DNA of 49,778 bases from a virus (taxonomy: Duplodnaviria; Heunggongvirae; Uroviricota; Caudoviricetes), in the IMG/VR virus record IMGVR_UViG_2579778554_000010, one strand, 5' to 3'. The notes below the pieces were generated by a model. It searched no databases and was not told the origin of the DNA. It saw only the letters and a program-made list of their open reading frames with translations. A program made the translations under genes and the position numbers. Within the stretch, counting starts at the first letter, position 1. Every line of letters starts with the position of its first letter. Below, one piece after another: positions 7,800-16,351 of this stretch.

Positions 7800-8840
7800 A
7801 TGGCTAACGCCTGGCTCAGATTATGGCATGACATGCCAAATGACCCTAAGTGGCGAACAATTGCCAGGGTGTCAGGGCAGCCAATTGCAACAGTGATGGC
7901 AGTGTATATCCACCTTCTGGTGAGCGCGTCACGAAATGTCACGACATGTCACGGCGTGTCACTACGTGGTCACATTGATGTCACGACGGAAGATTTAGCA
8001 AGTGCGCTTGATGTGACGGAAGAAGTAATTGATTCAATTTTACAGGCAATGCAGGGGCGGGTACTTGATGGAGATTTAATCACCGGATGGGAAAAACGCC
8101 AGGTACTGAAAGAGGACAATGGCAACGTTTCACAAACCGCGAAATCCCCGGCAGAGCGCAAGAGAGCGCAGCGCGAGAGGGAAAAATTACGAAAACAGAA
8201 TGAGGGGTGTCACGACGAGTCACGCATATGTCACGACATGTCACGACGAGTCACGACAGATAAAGATACAGATAAAGAATTAAACCCCACACATAACGCG
8301 CACGTGCGCGAGAGTGCTCCGACCAGTGAGTCGAGTGGTACGCCGTTGCAGGCAGCAGAACCTGCATCCCTGGATGGACTGAGCGAACCCATCGGGAAAT
8401 TTCCGATGGTCGATGACTGGCATCCGTCGCCGGATTTTCGACGACGGGCTGCGTTGTGGGGGATGGCTTTGCCGGAGCCGGAATTTACACCTGCTGAACT
8501 TGCCGCTTTCCGGGACTACTGGGCAGCGGAGGGGAAAGTTTTCACGCAGGTTCAGTGGGAGCAGAAATTCGCCCGTCACGTAAATCACGTCAGGGCGCAG
8601 GTTAAGCCAGTCAGCAAGGGGGTAAACCATGCAGCAGCACCAGGTGGCACCGCATCACGGGCAGTTCAGGAAATTCGGGCAGCACGTGAGCAGTGGGAAC
8701 GTGAAAACGGATTTATCAGCGACGGAAACGGTCTGGAAGCTGTGGGAACTCATGGGGGAGGTTTATTCGAACCGCTGGACCCAGAAGAACGGGGCCGCAC
8801 CTTCGAAGCTCTGGATTGCACAGATTGGCGCGATGACTGA
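7800..8840 (+). CDS. Replication initiation protein (O-like, DnaT-like C-terminal domain) containing the origin iterons
   Basis: N-terminus MANAWLRLWHDMPNDPKWRTIA typical of prophage replication proteins; two iteron clusters inside the gene; the last ~210 nt overlap the P-like ORF in another frame, so the true 3' end is uncertain. Confidence 0.7.
   Translation: MANAWLRLWHDMPNDPKWRTIARVSGQPIATVMAVYIHLLVSASRNVTTCHGVSLRGHIDVTTEDLASALDVTEEVIDSILQAMQGRVLDGDLITGWEKRQVLKEDNGNVSQTAKSPAERKRAQREREKLRKQNEGCHDESRICHDMSRRVTTDKDTDKELNPTHNAHVRESAPTSESSGTPLQAAEPASLDGLSEPIGKFPMVDDWHPSPDFRRRAALWGMALPEPEFTPAELAAFRDYWAAEGKVFTQVQWEQKFARHVNHVRAQVKPVSKGVNHAAAPGGTASRAVQEIRAAREQWERENGFISDGNGLEAVGTHGGGLFEPLDPEERGRTFEALDCTDWRDD
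7928..7984. repeat. Iteron cluster 1: six GTCAC-core direct repeats at 10-11 bp spacing
   Basis: GTCAC at 7928, 7938, 7948, 7958, 7969 and 7980, seen directly in the sequence. Confidence 0.7.
8209..8280. repeat. Iteron cluster 2 (five GTCACGA repeats) followed by an AT-rich GATAAAGA repeat; candidate replication origin
   Basis: GTCAC at 8209, 8219, 8230, 8240 and 8250, then GATAAAGATACAGATAAAGAA. Confidence 0.7.
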
Positions 8841-9294
8841 GCAGCAAATCCGACAGGTCTGCCGCCAGTGCATGGACCGCTGCCGGGCGGGTGAAACATG
8901 GCCTCCGGACCTGGCTGAGTTTGTGGCGCTGATTTCAGAAAGCGGGGCCAATCCATTTGGCCTGACGGTGGATGCTGTGATGGAGGAGTACCGCCGCTGG
9001 CGTGATGAGTCCTGGCGATATGACGGAAGCGACAAATATCCGTGGCCTCAGCCTGTGCTGTACCACATCTGCCTCGAAATGCGTACCAGAGGGATTGAGC
9101 GCCAGATGACGCAGGGTGAGTTAAAACGACTTGCGGAACGGCAACTGACGAAATGGGCAAAGCATGTTGGTAACGGGATGAGTGTTCCGCCAGTGCGACG
9201 ACAACTGGAAGGGGCGAAACACCCGCAAGGGCCAACGCCAATTGAACGGCTGAAACAGGAATACGAACGCCGGAAGGCAGCTGGTTTTATTTGA
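8629..9294 (+). CDS. Lambda P-like replication protein (helicase loader)
   Basis: C-terminal two-thirds aligns by eye with lambda P (WPPDLAEFVALI / YPWPQPVLYHICLEMR vs lambda PSPGQFVAWC / YPWKSNAHYWLVTNLY); good RBS AAGGGGG before the ATG at 8629. Confidence 0.65.
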   Translation: MQQHQVAPHHGQFRKFGQHVSSGNVKTDLSATETVWKLWELMGEVYSNRWTQKNGAAPSKLWIAQIGAMTEQQIRQVCRQCMDRCRAGETWPPDLAEFVALISESGANPFGLTVDAVMEEYRRWRDESWRYDGSDKYPWPQPVLYHICLEMRTRGIERQMTQGELKRLAERQLTKWAKHVGNGMSVPPVRRQLEGAKHPQGPTPIERLKQEYERRKAAGFI

Positions 9295-9327
9295 ATCTGA
9301 GAAACGATTTTGTCGGAGGAAATTTTA

Positions 9328-10098
9328 ATGGAAACCGTATTTGACGCACTGAAAGCAATGGGAAAAGCCACATCGGTAGAACTGGCCGCGCGACTTGATA
9401 TCAGTCGTGAAGAGGTTCTCAACGAGCTGTGGGAACTCAAAAGAAATGGCGTCGTTGATAAAACTGGTCACACCTGGTTTCTGGCTGGCGAAGGTGAATC
9501 CCGGGTAACCGAAGAGCGGCCAGTAAAATCTGAAGCACAGGATATGCTGACCGGGGAGGTCGAACAAAAAGTTACCGCAGACATGATGATTGAGTTTATC
9601 GGTCAGGATGGTGCTAAAACGTGTGAGGAACTGGCGGGTAAGTTCGGCGTCAGTACTCGCAAGGTTGCCTCCACGCTGGCGGTGGTAACCGCAACGGGGC
9701 GGCTGGCACGCGTTAATCAGAACGGTAAATTTCGTTACTGCATGCCGGGCGATAATTTACCAGCAGAGCCGAAAGCCGCGCTGGTAACGGAAAGTGATGG
9801 TAAGGCCTTTCCTCAGCCAGCAGGTGCTGCGTTACCAGTCCGGGAAGCCGCAACACAGGAAGAAATTAAAACAGAAACTGTGGCGGACATTGTGCAGCCG
9901 TTGCCATCGTTTACCGAAACGCAAGCAGATGAGCTGATTTTTCCGTCCCTTCGCAGGGCAAACCTGGCGCTGCGCAGGGCGAAAAGTGATGTTCAGAAGT
10001 GGGAGCGAGTCTGCGCCGCGCTGCGGGAGGTGAACAAGCACCGGGATATTGTTCGACAGATTACTGATTCTTCCCGCCGTGTTGTATCGGAAAAGTGA
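9328..10098 (+). CDS. Hypothetical phage protein, 256 aa (possible winged-helix N-terminus)
   Basis: ATG with GGAGG RBS; first ORF of the nin-like region; no domain I can name with confidence. Confidence 0.55.
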   Translation: METVFDALKAMGKATSVELAARLDISREEVLNELWELKRNGVVDKTGHTWFLAGEGESRVTEERPVKSEAQDMLTGEVEQKVTADMMIEFIGQDGAKTCEELAGKFGVSTRKVASTLAVVTATGRLARVNQNGKFRYCMPGDNLPAEPKAALVTESDGKAFPQPAGAALPVREAATQEEIKTETVADIVQPLPSFTETQADELIFPSLRRANLALRRAKSDVQKWERVCAALREVNKHRDIVRQITDSSRRVVSEK

Positions 10099-10113
10099 TT
10101 GCCGGAGGCGCTT

Positions 10114-10506
10114 ATGGCAAAAGTATTTACACCAGAAGAGCGGGAAGAAGTGAAGGCGCGCATTGTGGAATTCGTGCGCCTGAGCGGACGAGAAACTTTT
10201 CGACAACTGGCAGATAAAACGGGTGTCAGTAAGACCGCTATTCGTCGTTTATCTGGTGCGCTTGCGGCCAGTGGTGATGTCTGGCTCTCTGGTTGCGGGG
10301 TATTTCCATCAGAGCAGGCGTATCGCGTATGGCGTAAGACACCGGAGAAGGCTGCTGACCCGACACTGATTCGAAAGTTACCTGACGGAGAAATACGTCG
10401 TTACAACAGACGGCAGAACATAATTTGTCGTGAGTGCCGCCAGAGCGAAGTTATGCAGCGTGTGCTGGCGTTCTATCGGGGAAACTTTCAGGAGGTGATG
10501 GAGTGA
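10114..10506 (+). CDS. Hypothetical phage protein, 130 aa
   Basis: ATG with GGAGG RBS; stop overlaps the next start. Confidence 0.5.
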   Translation: MAKVFTPEEREEVKARIVEFVRLSGRETFRQLADKTGVSKTAIRRLSGALAASGDVWLSGCGVFPSEQAYRVWRKTPEKAADPTLIRKLPDGEIRRYNRRQNIICRECRQSEVMQRVLAFYRGNFQEVME

Positions 10507-10799
10507 GGGTCAGAGTTTATATTGCCGGTCCAATGACGGGATATGAAAATTTCAACCGTGAGGCGTTTCACAAGGCGGAAGAGGAACTGAAACGGGAAGG
10601 GCATACCGTCTTAAACCCGGCAGTACTTCCGGACGGGCTGACACAGCCGCACTACATGGATATTTGCATGGCAATGATTCGTTGTGTGGATGCGATTTAC
10701 ATGCTGAATGGCTGGCAGCGGTCAGCGGGCGCTAAGGCAGAGCTGGCACTGGCGGAGAAACTGGGGCATGCAGTGATTTATCAGGAGGTGGCTCAATGA
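10503..10799 (+). CDS. DUF4406-like protein (nucleoside deoxyribosyltransferase-like fold), 98 aa
   Basis: Probable GTG start overlapping the previous stop (GTGA); N-terminus VRVYIAGPMTGYENFN is characteristic of this phage family. Confidence 0.55.
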   Translation: MRVRVYIAGPMTGYENFNREAFHKAEEELKREGHTVLNPAVLPDGLTQPHYMDICMAMIRCVDAIYMLNGWQRSAGAKAELALAEKLGHAVIYQEVAQ

Positions 10800-11257
10800 G
10801 AGAGGTTAACTATGAGGCGCTTCGTGAGGCAGCACAAAACTATCAGTCGACGCTGGCGTGGTATCAGGCTATCCCGGACAGCCCAAATGCTGAACGGGAT
10901 TGTGATGCGGCTCTTGCTGCGTTTAAGCGTCACATCCGTCATCGGGAAGCGGATATTATCGCTGATTTGCTGGATGGACTGGAAGAAGCAAAATCACAAC
11001 TCAACGAGCAGCGTGAGTATTACGAAGGCGTTATCTCTGATGGGAGCAAGCGTATTGCTGAACTGGAAGCGCGGGAAGTTCAATTACCGACTCGCTACGA
11101 CCTTCGATATGGACACCCGATAAATGCAGATGAGCGACATGTCATGATACCTAAAGAAAATGGCAGTTGGCTTTACCTGATTGACTTAGAACACGCATTA
11201 CGCGTCGCTGGCATTCGCATCAAAGGAGAGGAGCATGGAAATAAAACCAGAGGATGA
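10796..11257 (+). CDS. Hypothetical phage protein, 153 aa
   Basis: Start overlaps the previous stop; part of the tightly packed nin-like operon. Confidence 0.5.
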   Translation: MREVNYEALREAAQNYQSTLAWYQAIPDSPNAERDCDAALAAFKRHIRHREADIIADLLDGLEEAKSQLNEQREYYEGVISDGSKRIAELEAREVQLPTRYDLRYGHPINADERHVMIPKENGSWLYLIDLEHALRVAGIRIKGEEHGNKTRG

Positions 11258-11534
11258 GTTAAGCAATATCGTTTTATTTCCGGTAAAAGAGGATGACCCT
11301 CGTAATCAGGTTAATTTTCTTTATGAGCCATCGGAAAGACCATATTGTCATCACGCCTCTGTTCGGGTTGACGAAAAAGAGCGTCAGGTCCGCTGTAAAA
11401 TCTGCGGTGCAGTTGTGGAGCCGTTTGACTGGATGCTCTCTGTGGCGAAAAGAGAAACCAGACTGGCAGATGATGTAAGGCTATTGCGCCAGGAGGAACA
11501 GGAAAGGCGGAAAAATATAGAAAAGTTAATTTAG
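11235..11534 (+). CDS. Hypothetical protein, 99 aa, with CxxC pair
   Basis: ORF in the operon; contains CHH...CKIC, a possible zinc ribbon. Confidence 0.45.
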   Translation: MEIKPEDELSNIVLFPVKEDDPRNQVNFLYEPSERPYCHHASVRVDEKERQVRCKICGAVVEPFDWMLSVAKRETRLADDVRLLRQEEQERRKNIEKLI

Positions 11535-11686
11535 ATTGAGCGTAACGCGAAAGCGCGGATATGCAGGGCGACAAAATCCAGAACTGAATAATTAAATTTA
11601 GCACTGTAAATAAAATCAAATCCTTAACCGGAGGGATTTCTGCACCCTCAGAACATCAGGAGGCCGTCCGAAAGGGCGGTAGTGAA

Positions 11687-11869
11687 ATGCGAAAATTCAA
11701 AATAATTATTGAAACGGGAATAGCCGGTGGAGATTTCGAGGATGAATTCGAAGTGGATGATGATGCAACACCAGATGAAATACAGGATGAAGCTAAAGAT
11801 ATTTTCTTTAACTACTGCAATTACTCATACCACGAAATAAAAGACGAAGAGGAAGAACAAAATGGCTGA
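11687..11869 (+). CDS. Hypothetical small acidic protein, 60 aa
   Basis: ORF with AGGAGG-like RBS (CAGGAGGCC upstream). Confidence 0.4.
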   Translation: MRKFKIIIETGIAGGDFEDEFEVDDDATPDEIQDEAKDIFFNYCNYSYHEIKDEEEEQNG

Positions 11870-12038
11870 TTTTGGTTCAACTAAATATAACGCCAGTTTT
11901 GAAGAATGGCATGAACTGTTAATGGATTATGCAGAGTTACGCGGTGGAAGTGCCGCTGATGCTGAAGCATGGCGTGATGATTATGAAGCAGGGAAAACAC
12001 CGGTCGAAGCATATTGTGATGAGTGGGGCGATGAATGA
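11862..12038 (+). CDS. Hypothetical small protein, 58 aa
   Basis: Hand translation MADFGSTKYNASFEEWHELLMDYAELRGGSAADAEAWRDDYEAGKTPVEAYCDEWGDE; overlapping start and stop with both neighbours. Confidence 0.4.
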   Translation: MADFGSTKYNASFEEWHELLMDYAELRGGSAADAEAWRDDYEAGKTPVEAYCDEWGDE

Positions 12039-12394
12039 GCGAGATTAATTATCAGGAAGGGCATGAAAAGGTAGGGCAGGCAAAACCAGTGGCATGGCGA
12101 TATCGCTACGTGAAAAAAGGCGTTACAGACTTTCAGGGGAAGCAGTGGGTTGGTGACTGGAAATATGTCCCGACAAAAGAGGATTGTAACGACAGACCAA
12201 ACTATGAAATTCAGGCGTTATTCACGGCCCCGCCAGCTTCGGTGACATCAGAAGGACTGGTTAAAGCTGTGCGCTTTTATGAACAGGTACGGCGTGAGGA
12301 TCCGCCAGTTGAAACCGGAGCATGGAAAGACGCTATTGACTGGGTACTCAAGGAGGCCTGCCTGGTTGTAAACACGGGCATCAAAGGAGGCTGA
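12035..12394 (+). CDS. Hypothetical phage protein, 119 aa
   Basis: ATGA overlap with the upstream gene. Confidence 0.5.
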   Translation: MSEINYQEGHEKVGQAKPVAWRYRYVKKGVTDFQGKQWVGDWKYVPTKEDCNDRPNYEIQALFTAPPASVTSEGLVKAVRFYEQVRREDPPVETGAWKDAIDWVLKEACLVVNTGIKGG

Positions 12395-12610
12395 ATGGGT
12401 ATTGCCGCAAGTTATACCATGCATCTCTATTGTGATTGCCGCCAGTGTACGGATGGCAAATATCAGTCGCCAGATTTTGGTGAGTATATCGGTACGTCAT
12501 GGGCTGGCTGTGCAAAAGAGGCACGTAAAGATGGGTGGCGAATAAGTGCCGACAAAACGCGTGCTTTTGCGCCAGGGCATAAAATTTTGAGGAGCAACAA
12601 AGGAGAGTGA
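12395..12610 (+). CDS. Hypothetical Cys-rich small protein, 71 aa
   Basis: ORF immediately following the previous stop. Confidence 0.4.
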   Translation: MGIAASYTMHLYCDCRQCTDGKYQSPDFGEYIGTSWAGCAKEARKDGWRISADKTRAFAPGHKILRSNKGE

Positions 12611-12611
12611 T

Positions 12612-12830
12612 GTGCCTACATTATTCAGAAAAGAATATCCGCGAAAAAGTAGAGCGACAGAATTTTTGTTTCTCATTCTGTTTATCGTGTTGATGATACC
12701 GATATCCCCGTTAATTCTGGTATGGGGAATCGGAAAAATAATTGAGCCAGTTATTGAATTGTATAACGACGTGGTATGGGCTCCGTTCAACACACTGCAC
12801 AATAAAATTAATCCGTATAAGGAAAACTGA
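12612..12830 (+). CDS. Hypothetical small membrane protein, 72 aa
   Basis: GTG start after an AAAGGAGAG RBS; hydrophobic segment FLFLILFIVLMIPISPLILVWGIG. Confidence 0.4.
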   Translation: MPTLFRKEYPRKSRATEFLFLILFIVLMIPISPLILVWGIGKIIEPVIELYNDVVWAPFNTLHNKINPYKEN

Positions 12831-12831
12831 T

Positions 12832-13095
12832 ATGGCAACTTTGACAAAAAAAGAACAGGCATGGTTGAACGAATTACAGGACGTTCTTGATCGCTGTCCA
12901 TCACCGAAAAAAATTGGTTTTTACACCATTGGCGATAAAAGCATTTACCTGTATGACCTGCGCCGCATGGATGAAATCATGGAGGCTCTTGATAATCGTT
13001 CGTCAATGGATTGGTGTGTTGCTGTCCATGATATGAATGCAGGGTTTGATGAAAAGATTTTGTTCCCCTCATCAGTTGAAAGCACTGCGGGTTAA
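12832..13095 (+). CDS. Hypothetical protein, 87 aa
   Basis: Internal ATG of the longer track ORF, sited right after the previous stop. Confidence 0.45.
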   Translation: MATLTKKEQAWLNELQDVLDRCPSPKKIGFYTIGDKSIYLYDLRRMDEIMEALDNRSSMDWCVAVHDMNAGFDEKILFPSSVESTAG

Positions 13096-13105
13096 GGAGT
13101 AACAC

Positions 13106-13273
13106 ATGACCACTATTACCAAAGAACGTATTGAATTGTTCATTAAAAACCCGCTTGAAAACGGGCTTACCCGTGGTGAACAAATGGAACTGGCACGGAT
13201 TGCGCTGGCATCGCTGGAAGCAGAGCCGGTTGTGTTCTGGTTTGAAAAATATCAAGAAGGGGCTACGGCATGA
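13106..13273 (+). CDS. Hypothetical small protein, 55 aa
   Basis: Hand translation [55 protein letters not shown]; AAGGAG RBS. Confidence 0.4.
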   Translation: MTTITKERIELFIKNPLENGLTRGEQMELARIALASLEAEPVVFWFEKYQEGATA

Positions 13274-13614
13274 CGACTTTTACCAGAGAGCAGTTAATAG
13301 CTCACGCAGAGGAGACTATTGAAGCACAGAGACTGTGCATACCGGGCACAATCGACCATGACATCATCCGCACATATAAGATGGATATTGCTGTTCTGGA
13401 AATCGCACTGGTATCGCTGGCAGCAGAGCCAGCCGGTAAATTGCATGAATACAAACCAGTGGGATATCAGCGTCTGGTCGATGAGTTAACCATGCTGGTA
13501 AAGCAGTTAACCTGGCAACTGAGGAAAGCGAAGCCAGACTGCAAATTACCGGATAAGGCGATGAGTTATCTGGAGCGGAACGGACTGATAAGCGTGGAGG
13601 ATATTTTACGATGA
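13270..13614 (+). CDS. Hypothetical phage protein, 114 aa
   Basis: ATGA overlap with the upstream gene. Confidence 0.5.
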   Translation: MTTFTREQLIAHAEETIEAQRLCIPGTIDHDIIRTYKMDIAVLEIALVSLAAEPAGKLHEYKPVGYQRLVDELTMLVKQLTWQLRKAKPDCKLPDKAMSYLERNGLISVEDILR

Positions 13615-13905
13615 CCTGGCCTGAAGCATTAACAACGGTAGGAATTGCGATGGCGGTGGCGCTGGTGGTGTATTCGATTTGCCGCTGGGGATAAAAACGG
13701 TTTGCGGGAAAAGGAGAGTTAAGTAGAATTGCAGCGGGTGCTTGAGGCTATCTGTCTCAGGCATGAACACCAAAAGGCAGATAGAGAAAAGCCCCAGTTA
13801 ACATTACGCGTCCTGCAAGACGCTTAACATTAATCTGAGGCCATATCTATGCTCTACACACGTAGGTTAGCCTCTTACGTGCCGAAAGGCAAGGAGAAGC
13901 AGGCT

Positions 13906-14061
13906 ATGAAGCAGCAAAAGGCGATGCTAATCGCCCTGATCGTCATCTGTTTAACCGTCATTGTGACGGCACTGGTAACGAGGAAAGACCTCTGCGAGGT
14001 ACGAATCCGAACCGGCCAGACGGAGGTCGCTGTCTTCACAGCTTACGAACCTGAGGAGTAA
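13906..14061 (+). CDS. hok: Hok-family type I toxin (HokD/RelF-like), 51 aa
   Basis: MKQQKAMLIALIVICLTVIVTALVTRKDLCEVRIRTGQTEVAVFTAYEPEE matches recalled Hok/RelF; an in-frame upstream extension from 13849 may be a mok-like reading frame; an antisense sok-like RNA is expected upstream but was not mapped. Confidence 0.85.
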   Translation: MKQQKAMLIALIVICLTVIVTALVTRKDLCEVRIRTGQTEVAVFTAYEPEE

Positions 14062-14130
14062 GAGACCCGGCGGGGGAGTAATCTCCCGCCACCTCTGATG
14101 TGCCAGGCATCCTCAACGCACCCGCACTTA

Positions 14131-14151
14131 ACCCGCTTCGGCGGGTTTTTG
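14131..14151 (+). terminator. Intrinsic terminator downstream of hok
   Basis: ACCCGCTTCGGCGGG hairpin followed by TTTTT. Confidence 0.7.
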
Positions 14152-14162
14152 CATTAGTCTGG

Positions 14163-14191
14163 TTGACAAAAATAGAAAAATGCGAAAATAT
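14163..14191 (+). promoter_or_regulatory. Candidate sigma70 promoter for the two-gene cassette
   Basis: TTGACA at 14163-14168, 17-bp spacer, AAATAT -10-like hexamer. Confidence 0.4.
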
Positions 14192-14226
14192 GTGGTTTAC
14201 GAATTCTAAAAAAAGCGAAACTTGAA

Positions 14227-14877
14227 ATGAATGAAAATCAGTTAGCTCCTTGTTGGGAATTTCAACCTTATCTTGCTGAAAACTATGTTCGCCACTTGTT
14301 GGCGGAGATCGCTAACGTACTTGAGCAGCTGTACTATCATAAGCACGCATTAGACAGCAACTGGTCTGAAGGTGTAAGGGCTTATGATTGGGTCAGAAAT
14401 CATCTTATTCAAAATGAAGATGCAATTCCTGGCCTTGAGATGATTTCCAAGGGGTTGGACTATGTAGTTGCTTTAAATAAAGTTCCGCTACAATTTACCA
14501 AAGATTGCATTAATAACCCCAAAAAGAAACATCGTCTGCGTCGAAATAAAGTAGAGTATGAGCAGCTCTCATTGTTTGGTGATGTTGAGGCTGAGCAAGA
14601 TATTACATGGCGAGTCATAGCTGAGCCTTTTTTATCCGAAGAGGGCGATGGTGAATTAGAGTCCACACTGCCTCGTTGGGAGGTAGCTCTTGTTGGATTT
14701 AATACTTATGGTGCTCAGATTAGTATAGTTTCTCATCAATCTACAGCATCGATGCCGCTTATGCCTCTTGATTATAACACACTCCCTGACGAAGCGGAGA
14801 TTAATAAGGTGCCTCTTCGTCGGCGTACGAAGGATAAAGATTTGGATGTGAGCAGTGATGGAACATCAGGTGAATAA
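14227..14877 (+). CDS. Hypothetical protein, 216 aa (cassette gene 1, unknown function)
   Basis: AT-rich ORF with no recognisable motif; 3' end overlaps the downstream gene by 23 nt. Confidence 0.6.
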   Translation: MNENQLAPCWEFQPYLAENYVRHLLAEIANVLEQLYYHKHALDSNWSEGVRAYDWVRNHLIQNEDAIPGLEMISKGLDYVVALNKVPLQFTKDCINNPKKKHRLRRNKVEYEQLSLFGDVEAEQDITWRVIAEPFLSEEGDGELESTLPRWEVALVGFNTYGAQISIVSHQSTASMPLMPLDYNTLPDEAEINKVPLRRRTKDKDLDVSSDGTSGE

Positions 14878-15961
14878 CTTCACTGAGTATCGGGGTGATA
14901 AGCTCAAACTAGCGAGAATGGCTGTTGGGCTTTCTTGTGAAGAGTTAGCCGAAAAAATTGGCAAGACAAAGCAATTCGTTAGCAAACTGGAGAAGGGGTG
15001 CAGGCCATCGGAGCAATGTCTTGAGTTAATATCTTCAGCGCTTATGATTAAGTCCAGTTTTCTTTTTACTGAACGAAAATACGCTCTGGAAAGTGATGTC
15101 TGCCATTTTCGGAGTAAGAAGTCCAGGACTCAAACGCTGACTAATAGTGTATTGGCCAGGGCTGAGATTCTTAATATTATAATTTCTGCTGTTGAAGGTG
15201 AAATCGAATTTCCTGACGTTAACATACCGGAGCACCCAGGGGCTGAATTACTTACTCCGAATGATATTGAGCGAGTGGCAGAAGATTGTCGCCGTGCCTG
15301 GAATTTAGGTCTTGGCCCTATATCATCAATGGTTAAATTGGCGGAGAGTTTAGGGGTAATCGTTGCGCATGTTACGGGAGTCGATGATCGTGTTGATGCT
15401 TTTACTGTTCACAATAACAGGCCTGTTATCATCAGGAACAATGTTAAAAAAAGCATATGTAGATTTCGCTCTGATTTAGGTCATGAATTAGGGCATTTAG
15501 TAATGCATGAGGGCATAACGACAGGTGATAAACTTACGGAATCACAAGCCGATCACTTTTCGAGCGCCTTATTAGTTCCCAGGTTATCTTTCATTAAAGA
15601 ATTTCCACGAATACGAGGTAAGCAATTCGACTGGAATGCTCTGGTTGAATTTAAACTTAGATGGAAAATCAGCCTTAAAATGTGTATTTATCGAGCCAGC
15701 GCATTAGGCTTATTGACCCAGGAACAGGCAAGAACTGGCTATATGCATCTTAATTCCAGAGGGTATACGAGAGTTGAACCTGGTGATGAACTTTTGCGCC
15801 CTGAAGAACCCGGCATGCTGGCCGAGGCGATTGAAATGCTGGATGATGCAACCTGGCTAAGAATTCTTATGAAAACTGGCTTGAGCCAAGATTTAATTCG
15901 TGAGTTGTTCTCCATCAACAGACCTATTACAAATCCAAGAAATATTTTCCAGATTGTTTGA
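14855..15961 (+). CDS. HTH-XRE / ImmA-IrrE-family (M78, COG2856-like) zinc metallopeptidase fusion, 368 aa
   Basis: N-terminal Cro/C1-type HTH (LSCEELAEKIGKTKQFVSKLEKG) and central HEXXH motif (HELGHLVMHE). Confidence 0.7.
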   Translation: MMEHQVNNFTEYRGDKLKLARMAVGLSCEELAEKIGKTKQFVSKLEKGCRPSEQCLELISSALMIKSSFLFTERKYALESDVCHFRSKKSRTQTLTNSVLARAEILNIIISAVEGEIEFPDVNIPEHPGAELLTPNDIERVAEDCRRAWNLGLGPISSMVKLAESLGVIVAHVTGVDDRVDAFTVHNNRPVIIRNNVKKSICRFRSDLGHELGHLVMHEGITTGDKLTESQADHFSSALLVPRLSFIKEFPRIRGKQFDWNALVEFKLRWKISLKMCIYRASALGLLTQEQARTGYMHLNSRGYTRVEPGDELLRPEEPGMLAEAIEMLDDATWLRILMKTGLSQDLIRELFSINRPITNPRNIFQIV

Positions 15962-15965
15962 GTAT

Positions 15966-15986
15966 ACCCGCTTCGGCGGGTTTTTT
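15966..15986 (+). terminator. Intrinsic terminator after the cassette (same sequence as 14131-14150)
   Basis: ACCCGCTTCGGCGGG hairpin followed by TTTTTT. Confidence 0.7.
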
Positions 15987-16121
15987 GTTTTTATTTTCAA
16001 CGTGTTTGAAGTTTTGGACGGTGCCAGAATAGAATCAAAAATACTTAAGTAGCGCGCAGGGAGAAGAGGGATGGACCCCGAACAGGGGGAGTGCTATTTA
16101 TCTGGAAGGATTCTGTTGATG

Positions 16122-16292
16122 AAAATCGAAGAATTACGTGAAATTTTTAGTGAAGATGGCCTCTATGCTGTGCGCGTTGAGAATGGGGGTATTACCTACA
16201 CAGCGTTAATTCCTGATGATCATGTAGTGTTATCTGTTGAGGCATTCATTGAATACTTGGAAAGACTCGGTTTCAAGGTAGTTCGGGAATAA
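16122..16292 (+). CDS. Hypothetical small protein, 56 aa
   Basis: Internal ATG of the 16071 track ORF with GGAAGGA upstream; no domain recognised. Confidence 0.35.
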   Translation, partial: KIEELREIFSEDGLYAVRVENGGITYTALIPDDHVVLSVEAFIEYLERLGFKVVRE

Positions 16293-16351
16293 GTTATAAT
16301 ACGTGAGCCAGCCTGAACAACTGGCAACCTGCAGCGCCATTGGAGATGACA

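Noticed and set aside
7925-8285. Possible CRISPR-like array
   Set aside because: The repeats are 10-11-bp-period iterons inside a replication gene with no spacers of unique sequence and no cas genes; the tandem modules at 21.6-22.3 kb are likewise only two diverged copies, not an array.
8750-9241. 163-aa minus-strand ORF inside the P-like gene
   Set aside because: Antisense to a gene with clear lambda P similarity; Pro/Ser/Gly-rich low-complexity translation.
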